DNA of 64,000 nucleotides, taken from assembly GCA_040756235.1 (NCBI GenBank), contig JBFLZG010000062.1, forward strand, positions 89,913 to 153,912. The letters are read 5' to 3'. A program made the position numbers and the translations under genes. Positions 56,269-64,000 of this stretch are shown here, piece after piece. A model generated the notes under the pieces. It made no database searches, was not told the DNA's origin, and was given only the letters and a program-made list of their open reading frames with translations. Every line of letters begins with the position of its first letter. Positions within the stretch are counted from its first letter, which is position 1. This DNA comes from a bacterium (GTDB lineage: Bacteria; Desulfobacterota; DSWW01).

Positions 56269-56511
56269 GAGGCTGGCGAGAGATGCTCCAGATGCAAGGC
56301 GCGCGACAATTCCGCAGGATGGCGGAATGGGACGCATCATCTGACAGGATGATGCGTCCGCAGGGCGAGGGCCATGGACGGCCCGAGTCAAATCCTGAGG
56401 AATGAGGCGTAGCCGGGAGCCACGGTGACCCCGGCCTTCGCCGGTGCCGGCTCCCCGCACCCCCACGCCCCATGAGGGCAACGCCGCAGATGGGCGTTTA
56501 TCGACGGCCTC
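56269..56511 (+). mobile_element. MITE-like repeat, copy E (about 243 bp, nested hairpins)
   Basis: GAGGCTG...TCCAGATGCAAGGCGCGCGA left end, GCAACGCCGCAGATGGGCGTTTATCGACGGCCTC right end; internal 12-bp hairpin GGACGCATCATC / GATGATGCGTCC. Confidence 0.8.
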
Positions 56512-56532
56512 CCGAAAGGGGAGGAGGGGAAA

Positions 56533-56988
56533 ATGGAAAAAGTCTACATGGAGGACTATCAGGTCGGTGAAAAGCTCGTGAGCCCGGGCCGGACGATAAC
56601 CGAAACCGATATCGTCCTGTTCGCCGCCCTGACCGGGGACTGGCACCCCCTGCACACGAACGTGGAGTACGCGGCGAAAACGATCTTCGGCGAGCGCATC
56701 GCCCACGGCATGCTGGTCCTCGTGATCGGCAGCGCGCTCGGCTTCCGGCTCGGCCAGTACGTCTTTCTGCCCAAGTCGTTCATCGCCTTCTACGGCATGG
56801 ACAGCGTCCGGTACACGGGGCCGGTGAAGATCGGCGATACGATCCGCCTGGAGGTGGAGGTCACGGAGCTCAAGGGCAAGGACGCGGAGCGCGGGATCGT
56901 GACGACCCGAAACGCGATCAAGAACCAGCGCGGAGAAGATTGCTGCATCTTCGTATCCAAGATTCTTTGCGGCCGCAGGCCCGGGTAG
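56533..56988 (+). CDS. MaoC-family (R)-specific enoyl-CoA hydratase/dehydratase
   Basis: GRTITETDI..FA.LTGD..PLH...EYA..T.FGERIAHGML, PV.IGDTI. Confidence 0.93.
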   Translation: MEKVYMEDYQVGEKLVSPGRTITETDIVLFAALTGDWHPLHTNVEYAAKTIFGERIAHGMLVLVIGSALGFRLGQYVFLPKSFIAFYGMDSVRYTGPVKIGDTIRLEVEVTELKGKDAERGIVTTRNAIKNQRGEDCCIFVSKILCGRRPG

Positions 56989-57062
56989 GTCTCTGGCTAT
57001 GACCCTGCTAGTCCGAGTTTGGCCGACCCCGGCGCCGGAAGCGTGGCAACCGACGGCCTCTT

Positions 57063-57138
57063 GTAGGGGCGACGCATGCGTCGCCCGCGAGCCGCGTGAG
57101 CACCCGGTAGGGTGGACAATGCCGAAGGCGTGTCCACC
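57063..57138 (+). repeat. Two GTAG-type REP-like palindromes
   Basis: GTAG followed by the 20-bp perfect palindrome GGGCGACGCATGCGTCGCCC; GTAG followed by GGTGGACA-12 nt-TGTCCACC. Confidence 0.7.
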
Positions 57139-57562
57139 AACAACGGTTGAGACTGAGTGCGGTGGGTGCACCGCCCTCGATCGTCTCGGGCTCAGAACGC
57201 TCCGGCTGGTTCTCCTCCCAAGGGTCGGAGACTGCGGCCCTTCGGGCGGCTCGCCCTTTTCGTCCCTCGCTCCGGGCCGGGTGTTTCGGGGTAGCACCCG
57301 CCTGCCGGATGTGCTAGCAAGGGAACAAGTCTCCGTTCCACCGGCCTGTCGGAGCTCGGGACGGCCTGCGCGACTCGCCCTCGCCTCCTCAGGCGCACAC
57401 CCACCGCACCGCTGTCAGCCTCCCGGCAGATCGCGAGCGTGGCGATCCGCCGCCTCCTCGCAACATCGGACATTGGCAGCGCCATCGCCAGCTCGCTGCC
57501 GCACGCAGATTATGTTCGGGCGTTTAGGCCGACATGTGCTTAGCTTCTGACGAGACCGCCTC

Positions 57563-58810
57563 ATGGAAGAGCGAAAGTTCCGCGTGTACCGGTATCGATG
57601 GGTCGTGCTCCTGGTCTTTTCGCTCCTGCAGTTCCTCGCGATCCTGCTCAACTTCACCTTTGCCCCGATCACGGGTGAGGCGGCGGCCTTTTACGGCGTG
57701 AGCCCGATGAAGATCGGGTTCCTCGCGACGGTGTCGCTCATTCTCACCATCTTCCTTCAGATACCGGGCTCGTACGCGGTGGACACCTGGGGGATCCGCA
57801 AGGCGATCGGGCTGGGCGCCCTGCTCGCCGGCGTCTTCGGGTTCATCCGGGGCCTCGGAGGAGACAGTTACACCTGGGTTCTGATCTCGACCTGGGGCTT
57901 TTGCCTTTCCAATCCGGTTGTTTTCAATTCCATGACGGCCGTGGCAGCCAGATGGTTCCCGGTGGAGCAGAGGGCTACCGCCATAGGGATCATGCTGGTT
58001 GCGGTCTTCTGCGGCATGATGGTGGGCATGGGGATGACGCCCCTTCTCGCGATCCGCTTCGGCATACCCGGCATGCTCAAGATCTACGGTATCATGGCCC
58101 TGTTCATCGGGGTGGCCTTCTGCGCCGTCGTGCGGGAGGCTCCGCCGACTCCTCCTGCGGAGGTCGAAGTGGAGCGCGTCCCGGCCCTGTCGGGAGTCCG
58201 CCACATGTTCACGCACCGCGAGACGGTGTTTCTTCTCGTCCTCTGGTTCGTGAGCCTCGGAGCCTGGAACGCCCTGATGACATGGGTGGAACAGATCATC
58301 GCCCCGCGGGGATTCAGCAGCGTGCAGGCGGGCACGGTGGGCGCCATCATGCAGGCGGGAGGGATCGCGGGGTGCTTCCTGATCCCGCTGTTCTCCGAGC
58401 GGCTGCGCACGAGGAAGCTCTTCTTCATCCTTTCGATCCTGTCGCTCCTGGTCGGCCTGGCGGGGTTGGGCTTCGCCGGCTCCTATGCGCTCTTGCTGGC
58501 CTCGGTAGCCGTCTACGGCTTCTTCAACATGGGCGGATCCTCGGTGACGTATCAGTACGCGGCCGAGCTGAGCTATCCGGCGCCCGAGGCCACCTCGCAG
58601 GGCCTGCTCATCTGGGTCGGGCAGATCTCGGGAGTGATCTTCATCTACGGGCTGGATATGTTCCGTACCGGGTCCGGAGCCATGACCCCCTTCCTGGTGG
58701 TGATGATGGTCCTGACCCTCCTCGTGCTGGCGCCGATGTTCCGCATGAGGGAATCCCCGATGGTCGCTCGGGGGCCGGTCCGGCAGCCGTCGGCCGCTCC
58801 CATGCAATGA
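57563..58810 (+). CDS. MFS transporter (FLVCR-like N-terminus)
   Basis: F.VY.YRWVVL, D.WG.R, A.RWFP..QRA.A, AELSYP.PE.TS.G; about 12 TMs. Confidence 0.92.
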   Translation: MEERKFRVYRYRWVVLLVFSLLQFLAILLNFTFAPITGEAAAFYGVSPMKIGFLATVSLILTIFLQIPGSYAVDTWGIRKAIGLGALLAGVFGFIRGLGGDSYTWVLISTWGFCLSNPVVFNSMTAVAARWFPVEQRATAIGIMLVAVFCGMMVGMGMTPLLAIRFGIPGMLKIYGIMALFIGVAFCAVVREAPPTPPAEVEVERVPALSGVRHMFTHRETVFLLVLWFVSLGAWNALMTWVEQIIAPRGFSSVQAGTVGAIMQAGGIAGCFLIPLFSERLRTRKLFFILSILSLLVGLAGLGFAGSYALLLASVAVYGFFNMGGSSVTYQYAAELSYPAPEATSQGLLIWVGQISGVIFIYGLDMFRTGSGAMTPFLVVMMVLTLLVLAPMFRMRESPMVARGPVRQPSAAPMQ

Positions 58811-58900
58811 AGCCTGCTGCGGCTCATCGCTCTTGCCCGCGCCCCGGTCTCCTCATGACCGGTCCGGCGCGGGACGGTAGCAAGCGCTTGGTGAAACCTG

Positions 58901-59182
58901 GTGAAAAGAGTCGGACTGAAGTTCTGCGGGGGCTGCAACCCGTCTTACGACCGCGTCGGCTACGTGCGCCGCGTACAGGAGTGGACTGCGGGGCGCATCG
59001 AGTGGGTGCCTTTCGACGCTGGCGGATTCGACACCGTCGTCATCGTCACCGGGTGTGACAAGGCGTGCGTGGAAGGGATAGAATGGGAAGAGCAGGGGGT
59101 GCGGGTCATCCGCATCCGGAATTGCAGCCAGCCGCCCCGAGAGGTGGTTTCCCTTCTCCTGGGTGAGGAAGACGAGCCATGA
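58901..59182 (+). CDS. Small CGGC-motif protein (putative metal/Fe-S binding)
   Basis: VGLKFCGGCNPSYDR and TGCDKAC; GTG start; stop overlaps the next ATG (ATGA). Confidence 0.8.
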   Translation: MKRVGLKFCGGCNPSYDRVGYVRRVQEWTAGRIEWVPFDAGGFDTVVIVTGCDKACVEGIEWEEQGVRVIRIRNCSQPPREVVSLLLGEEDEP

Positions 59183-60633
59183 TCAAGACGCCAGAGGACT
59201 ATGTCCGGAGTCTGCGGGATCTGGGACACGAGGTCTACTACAAGGGCGAGCGGGTCCGGGACATCACCGCCCACCCCGGCTTTCTGCCGCACATCCGTTC
59301 CGCTGCCAAGACGTATGAGCTGGCCCTCAGACCGGAGTCCGAGGACTTGGTGACCGCGACCTCCCACCTCACGGGCAACAAGATCAACCGCTTCACCCAC
59401 ATTCACCAGAGCGCGGAGGACCTCATCAAGAAGGTCCAGATGCTGCGGCTGATCGCGCACGAGACCGGAAGCTGCTTTCAGCGATGCGTCGGCTTCGACG
59501 GGCTCAATGCGACCTACATGACGAGCTACGACATCGACCGCAAGCACGGCACCGGATACCACGAGCGCTTTCTCAAATACCTCAAGTTCATTCAGGAAGA
59601 GAACCTCATGGTCGTGGGCGGCATGACCGACCCCAAGGGCGACCGCTCCAGGTCTCCGAGCGAGCAGGCAGACCCGGACCTGTTCACCCGCGTCGCCGAG
59701 AGGCGGCCTGACGGGATCGTGCTGCGCGGGGCCAAGGCCCATCAGACCGGCGGGGTCAACTCCCACGAGATCCTCGTCATGCCCACCCAGGGCCTGCGGC
59801 AGGGGGATGAAGCTTACGCGATCACCTGCGCCGTGCCGCTGAACGCCAAGGGGGTGGTCCTGATTTTCGGACGCCAGACCAATGAGGAGCGGAAGTTCGA
59901 GAGCCGGATCGACGCGGGCAACCCGGAATTCGGCATGGTCGGAGGCGAGGCGCTGATCGTCTTCGACGACGTCTTCGTGCCCTGGGAGCGGGTGTTCATG
60001 TGCGGGGAGGTCGACTTCAGCGGCATCCTCGTGGAACGGTTCGCCACCATGCACCGGCAGAATTACGGGGGCTGCAAGGGGGGCGTCTCGGACGTTCTGG
60101 TCGGCGCCTGCGGGCTCGCCTCGGAGTACCAGGGGACCCTGAAGGCTTCCCACATCCGGGAGAAGCTGGCCGAAATGACGCACTTGGCCGAGACGATCTA
60201 CGCCGGGTCCGTCGCCTGCTCCGCCATGGGGTCCCGAACGCCCTCGGGCGCCTATTACCCGGACCCCGTGCTCGCCAACTGCACCAAGCTCAACGTCTCC
60301 CGCAACATCTACCAGATCGCCCGCTTGGCCCACGACGTGGCGGGCGGGATCATCGCGACCCTGCCCTTCGAGGCGGACCTGAAGAGCCCGCTGGTCGGCA
60401 AGTACGTGGAGAAGTACATGGCGGGGGTCAAGGGCGTGCCGACGGAGACGAGGATCCGTCTTCTGAGGCTCATCGAGAACATGACCGGAGGCACGGCCCT
60501 GGTCGAATCCATGCACGGCGCGGGATCTCCTCAGGCGCAGATGATCATGTATCAGAGGCTCGGCAAGCTCGACATGAAGATGCGGTGGGCCCGCAAGCTG
60601 GCGGGCATCGAAGAGGGGCCCGCAGGCTGCTGA
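59179..60633 (+). CDS. abfD: 4-hydroxybutyryl-CoA dehydratase (AbfD)-like FAD/[4Fe-4S] enzyme
   Basis: INRF.H, CFQRC.G.D, MTDPKGDRS, GAK.HQTG, HRQNYGGCK, ESMHGAGSPQAQ: the Cys/His cluster ligands of AbfD rather than HpaB. Confidence 0.88.
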   Translation: MIKTPEDYVRSLRDLGHEVYYKGERVRDITAHPGFLPHIRSAAKTYELALRPESEDLVTATSHLTGNKINRFTHIHQSAEDLIKKVQMLRLIAHETGSCFQRCVGFDGLNATYMTSYDIDRKHGTGYHERFLKYLKFIQEENLMVVGGMTDPKGDRSRSPSEQADPDLFTRVAERRPDGIVLRGAKAHQTGGVNSHEILVMPTQGLRQGDEAYAITCAVPLNAKGVVLIFGRQTNEERKFESRIDAGNPEFGMVGGEALIVFDDVFVPWERVFMCGEVDFSGILVERFATMHRQNYGGCKGGVSDVLVGACGLASEYQGTLKASHIREKLAEMTHLAETIYAGSVACSAMGSRTPSGAYYPDPVLANCTKLNVSRNIYQIARLAHDVAGGIIATLPFEADLKSPLVGKYVEKYMAGVKGVPTETRIRLLRLIENMTGGTALVESMHGAGSPQAQMIMYQRLGKLDMKMRWARKLAGIEEGPAGC

Positions 60634-60774
60634 GGCGGCGCCGCGGCAGGCGCAGGAGCGGCCATCCGGCGCACCTCCGGCCCAGCCCGGACCAGGGCGA
60701 GCTTTGGCTCGACATCGTTTGTACGATCCAAGACGATCGGCACTCGGAAAGACCCGAGAGAAGAGAGCGACGAA

Positions 60775-61743
60775 ATGGAAGAGAGCCGGAGCGTGCGATT
60801 GATTTCGAAGAAGAGCGCGAGACCGACGGTCCCGGATGTGCTGGAATCGATCGGCAACACGCCCCTTGTCGAGCTCCGGCGGATGATGCCGAAGGGAAGG
60901 GCGCGGATCCTCGCCAAGCTGGAGGGACACAACCCGGGGGGCTCGGTGAAGGACCGGCCGGCATACTGGATGGTCCGGAAGGCGGAGGAGAGCGGGCGCC
61001 TGGTTCCGGGGAAGGTCATTCTGGAGCCCACATCCGGCAATACCGGCATCGGCCTGGCCCTGGTGGGTGCGTGCAAGGGATACCGCGTCAAGCTGACGCT
61101 GCCGGAGTGCGTCAGCACCGAGCGCCGCCAGATCCTTCTCGCTTACGGGGCAGAGCTGGTGCTCACCCCGGCCCACGAGCGGACGGACGGGGCGATACGG
61201 GCGGCCCACCGAATCATGGAGGAAGCCCCTGAGCGCTACTTCATGCCGAACCAGTTTGCGAATCCGGACAACTGGCTGAGCCACTACGAGACGACCGGCG
61301 CGGAGATCCTGGCCCAGACCGGAGGCGATGTGGCCTGTTTCGTGGCCGGAATGGGCACCACGGGGACTCTCATGGGAGTCGGCCGCAGGCTCAAAGAGCA
61401 CCATCCCGGCGTGCGGATCGTGGGCGTCGAACCGGTGGAAGGGCACGCGATCCAGGGCCTGAAGAACATGAAGGAGTCGATCGTCCCGCAGATCTACGAG
61501 AGGGACCGTCTCGATCAGGTAATCGTGGTCGAAGACCGCGCCGCCTTTGCCATGACGAACCGTCTGGCTCTTGAAGAGGGGCTCTTCGTCGGGATGAGCA
61601 GCGGGGCCGCGCTCTGCGGCGCGCTGCAGGTGGCTGCCGATCTGTCGCCCGGCGACACGGTGGTGGTCCTGCTGCCCGACCGCGGAGACCGGTACCTGTC
61701 CACCAACCTGTTCCGATCCATCTGCGCGGAATGTCCCCCCTGA
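60775..61743 (+). CDS. PLP-dependent cysteine synthase (CysK/CysM family)
   Basis: IGNTPLV, KLEG.NPGGSVKDR.A, EPTSGNTG, NQF.N, GMGTTGT, IQGL, G.SSGA, PDRG.RYLS. Confidence 0.95.
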   Translation: MEESRSVRLISKKSARPTVPDVLESIGNTPLVELRRMMPKGRARILAKLEGHNPGGSVKDRPAYWMVRKAEESGRLVPGKVILEPTSGNTGIGLALVGACKGYRVKLTLPECVSTERRQILLAYGAELVLTPAHERTDGAIRAAHRIMEEAPERYFMPNQFANPDNWLSHYETTGAEILAQTGGDVACFVAGMGTTGTLMGVGRRLKEHHPGVRIVGVEPVEGHAIQGLKNMKESIVPQIYERDRLDQVIVVEDRAAFAMTNRLALEEGLFVGMSSGAALCGALQVAADLSPGDTVVVLLPDRGDRYLSTNLFRSICAECPP

Positions 61744-61971
61744 CGCTGCACTGCATGACCTGAATTTCCAGATTGGCGCTGCATCGAGGCGGCGCTCTTG
61801 CGCGAATATCTGCGGCTCGTTCCCGCTCATCGTTTTGCCATCGACCCGTCCCGGGCGCTCAGAAACCCGCCGGCTCATTTGACGCGTTGCTCCAACATTT
61901 TTGCGGACTTGGTGCCGAGCAACCGGCACCCCGCCGGAGCATCTATCTTCCAATGGAAGAAAGAGGGTGAC

Positions 61972-63114
61972 ATGAATGCAAGGCAACGGCAGAGAGCCCT
62001 GAAAATCGTCCGCAGATGGGCTCCGGACGACTACGATCGTTGGGTCAGCATGAGGGTGGATGCTTCGGTCTACGGGTACGACCCGTTCGGCTTGGAGCGC
62101 GAGACGACCATGCTGGCTGTTGCCGTGTTCCAGCTCTTGCACAAGCACTGGTTCCGAGTGGAGAGTTGGGGGCTGAACAATGTGCCCGTGGAAGGACCTG
62201 TGCTGCTCGTCCCGAATCACAGCGGCGCCATCCCCATCGACGCCGCCATGATCGCGGTCGACTTGATGAAGAAGCTGGCGATCCCGCGAGTCGCGCGCGC
62301 CGTGTTCGACAACTTTGCAGGATGTCTGCCCTTTGTCAGCCTGTTCTTTCAACGCTGCGGCCAGTTCATCGGCGCTCGGGACAATTTGATACGGCTTCTT
62401 CAGAAGGGCGAAATGGTGACCGTTTTCCCGGAAGGGCATCGGGGCACGGGGAAGAAGTTCAGGGACCGGTACAAGCTGCAGCCTTTTCAGGTCGGATTCG
62501 TGGAGGCGAGCCTGATCACGCGGACGCCCATCGTGCCTGTGGCCGTGATCGGGGCCGAGGAGCAGTACCCCTTTCTGCTGAACCTGAAGCCAATCGCGAA
62601 GGTCTTGAAATTCCCCTACCTTCCCCTCCCGCTCACCAGCCTTCTGCTGGGTCCTGTGGGTCTCCTGCCGCTGCCCACCAAGTACCAGATCCACTACGGC
62701 GAGCCGATACGATTGTACCTCAACCACTCTCTCGAGGTGCTGAAGAGCGCCGACATCATTCGAGGGATGGCGGAGGAGGTGCGCAGCCGGGTCCAGGATC
62801 TGGTGCAGACGGGGCTGAGGAGGCGCAAGGGCGTGTTTGGGCTTTCCCGACCCGTGCTGCGGGGGATCCCCGAGAGCCTCTGCAGGCGGACAGGGGGCCT
62901 GGCGAATCGTCTGCGCAGCTTTTCCGGAAAGCAGGTGCGCTCGCCAGGGGAGGCGTCACCAGCAAGAGCCATAGGCCACGCGGTTGCCGCCGTGCTCCGG
63001 TCGGAGAGGACGGATTCGTTTACGCACGAGGTCTATCCTGAGGAGTCCGACAGCGGCGGAAATGGGAAGGCCCACATGCCTGAGGGGGTTTTGCCCCCGG
63101 AGACGCCTCTGTAA
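61972..63114 (+). CDS. Lysophospholipid acyltransferase (PlsC-like)
   Basis: YDPFG, G..NVP..GP.LLV.NHSG..P.D, VFPEG..G..K, GF...S.....PIVPVA.IGAEE; AGAGGG RBS; low-complexity C-terminal tail. Confidence 0.88.
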   Translation: MNARQRQRALKIVRRWAPDDYDRWVSMRVDASVYGYDPFGLERETTMLAVAVFQLLHKHWFRVESWGLNNVPVEGPVLLVPNHSGAIPIDAAMIAVDLMKKLAIPRVARAVFDNFAGCLPFVSLFFQRCGQFIGARDNLIRLLQKGEMVTVFPEGHRGTGKKFRDRYKLQPFQVGFVEASLITRTPIVPVAVIGAEEQYPFLLNLKPIAKVLKFPYLPLPLTSLLLGPVGLLPLPTKYQIHYGEPIRLYLNHSLEVLKSADIIRGMAEEVRSRVQDLVQTGLRRRKGVFGLSRPVLRGIPESLCRRTGGLANRLRSFSGKQVRSPGEASPARAIGHAVAAVLRSERTDSFTHEVYPEESDSGGNGKAHMPEGVLPPETPL

Positions 63115-63267
63115 TGCAGGAGAAGTCCCCGACCGGTTGTCCATGAGGAGGCACCCCGACTCGAAAATCCGTATCGACAACCCGCATCCGATGTTCTAGA
63201 CTCTCTCCCGGACGCCTGCGCGGGGCGGGCGTTTGCGTGCCACCTCTAGCGATGCGGACGAATCGAC

Positions 63268-63993
63268 ATGAAGGATTCCACCCCGAAACCGGTATCTGTG
63301 GAAGTCCTGTGCCTCTCGATGTCGCCTCCCTTGATCCAGAAGGGAAAGCTCATGAGCCTGGGAGAGGACACGGGCGAAGTGATCCTGGACGAGGCCGCCC
63401 CGGCCCTCCAACCCGGAATCCGCGTGGTCCTGGAGGACGGCCGGGCGGGGGTGCGCCTCATGGGCACCGTGAAAGAGGCGCAAGGCACCCGCCTGCTCGT
63501 GGAAACCGGGCGCGCGGTCCGGCCCGATAAGCGCGGCTTTCCGCGCCTGCCCGGAGGGATCTGTCTGCGCTACCTGGCCCTTTCCGCAGGCGAAGAGCGG
63601 CTATCGGAGCGCTGGATGAACCGCGAGGATCCTGAGAAGCTGGGAGGGGATTGGCGCGAGCCCGACCCTTTTATGGATTTCAGCGGGTCCGGCCTGCGGT
63701 TCGAGGACGAGCTTGTCTGCAAGGTCGGTGACCTGCTGCTGCTCGAGTTGCGGGTCCCCCCGTCCGAACAGCGCTGGCGTGCGAAAGCCCGGGTCGTCCG
63801 GGTGGAGCCGACGGTGCCGGGGAACGCTGACGCAGAGGACCGTGAGGAAATGGAAAAAGGTGAGAAGGGCCGGCGGAAGCGCGTCGCCACCCATCAGATC
63901 GCCGTCGAGTTCGAGGATCTCCCCAGGGAAGCCAGGGAGGCCCTGACCGCTTTCACCCTCAGAATACAGAATGCCCTGCTCGGGATTCGCTGA
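63268..63993 (+). CDS. PilZ domain (c-di-GMP receptor) protein
   Basis: RxxxR (DKRGFPR) and DxSxxG (DFSGSG) motifs, G..L.L.L..P, A.VVR, AVEF. Confidence 0.85.
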   Translation: MKDSTPKPVSVEVLCLSMSPPLIQKGKLMSLGEDTGEVILDEAAPALQPGIRVVLEDGRAGVRLMGTVKEAQGTRLLVETGRAVRPDKRGFPRLPGGICLRYLALSAGEERLSERWMNREDPEKLGGDWREPDPFMDFSGSGLRFEDELVCKVGDLLLLELRVPPSEQRWRAKARVVRVEPTVPGNADAEDREEMEKGEKGRRKRVATHQIAVEFEDLPREAREALTAFTLRIQNALLGIR

Positions 63994-64000
63994 TTAGACC

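Noticed and set aside
59179..60633. Annotation as 4-hydroxyphenylacetate 3-monooxygenase (HpaB)
   Set aside because: CFQRC and HRQNYGGC Fe-S ligand motifs indicate the AbfD branch, and no flavin reductase partner is adjacent.
58960..62727. 1255-aa minus-strand ORF
   Set aside because: Antisense shadow of abfD, cysteine synthase and the acyltransferase; no motifs; long shadows are expected in GC-rich DNA.

Overview
A 64 kb window from a GC-rich Gram-negative bacterium. Gene content (IorAB, AbfD, sigma-54 promoters, a PEP-CTERM-type EPS export set, repeat style) suggests an anaerobic deltaproteobacterium-like (Desulfobacterota-type) organism; this is inference. Five blocks: (1) 1-11.7 kb, small stress/envelope genes (DUF1328, YtxH-like, two DUF883-like, DUF748, SYLF, three copies of one small secreted beta-barrel domain), glutamate dehydrogenase, DUF1059 and an internally deleted MetE-like gene; (2) 11.9-15.5 kb, an apparent operon rtcB - COG0523 GTPase - archease - stand-alone Cys-rich ribosomal protein S4, which is my best candidate for an undescribed system (RNA/ribosome repair with its own metallochaperone and S4); (3) 16.8-41.1 kb, a Wzx/Wzy exopolysaccharide locus made of two convergent units, each headed by a sigma-54 consensus promoter, rich in tailoring enzymes but with only one elongating glycosyltransferase; (4) 41.5-49.8 kb, iorAB-paaK, an extended TetR with paired operators, a degenerate HEPN-like protein and an NlpC/P60 fused to a probable outer-membrane barrel; (5) 50.1-64 kb, lipid/acyl-CoA metabolism (SCP2, two DUF2148-like Fe-S proteins, GGR-like reductase, FadH-like, MaoC, MFS, AbfD, cysteine synthase, acyltransferase) and a PilZ protein. 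A MITE-like repeat family occurs about six times. I saw no rRNA, tRNA, CRISPR array or transposase. All family assignments come from motif recognition by eye, not database searches.
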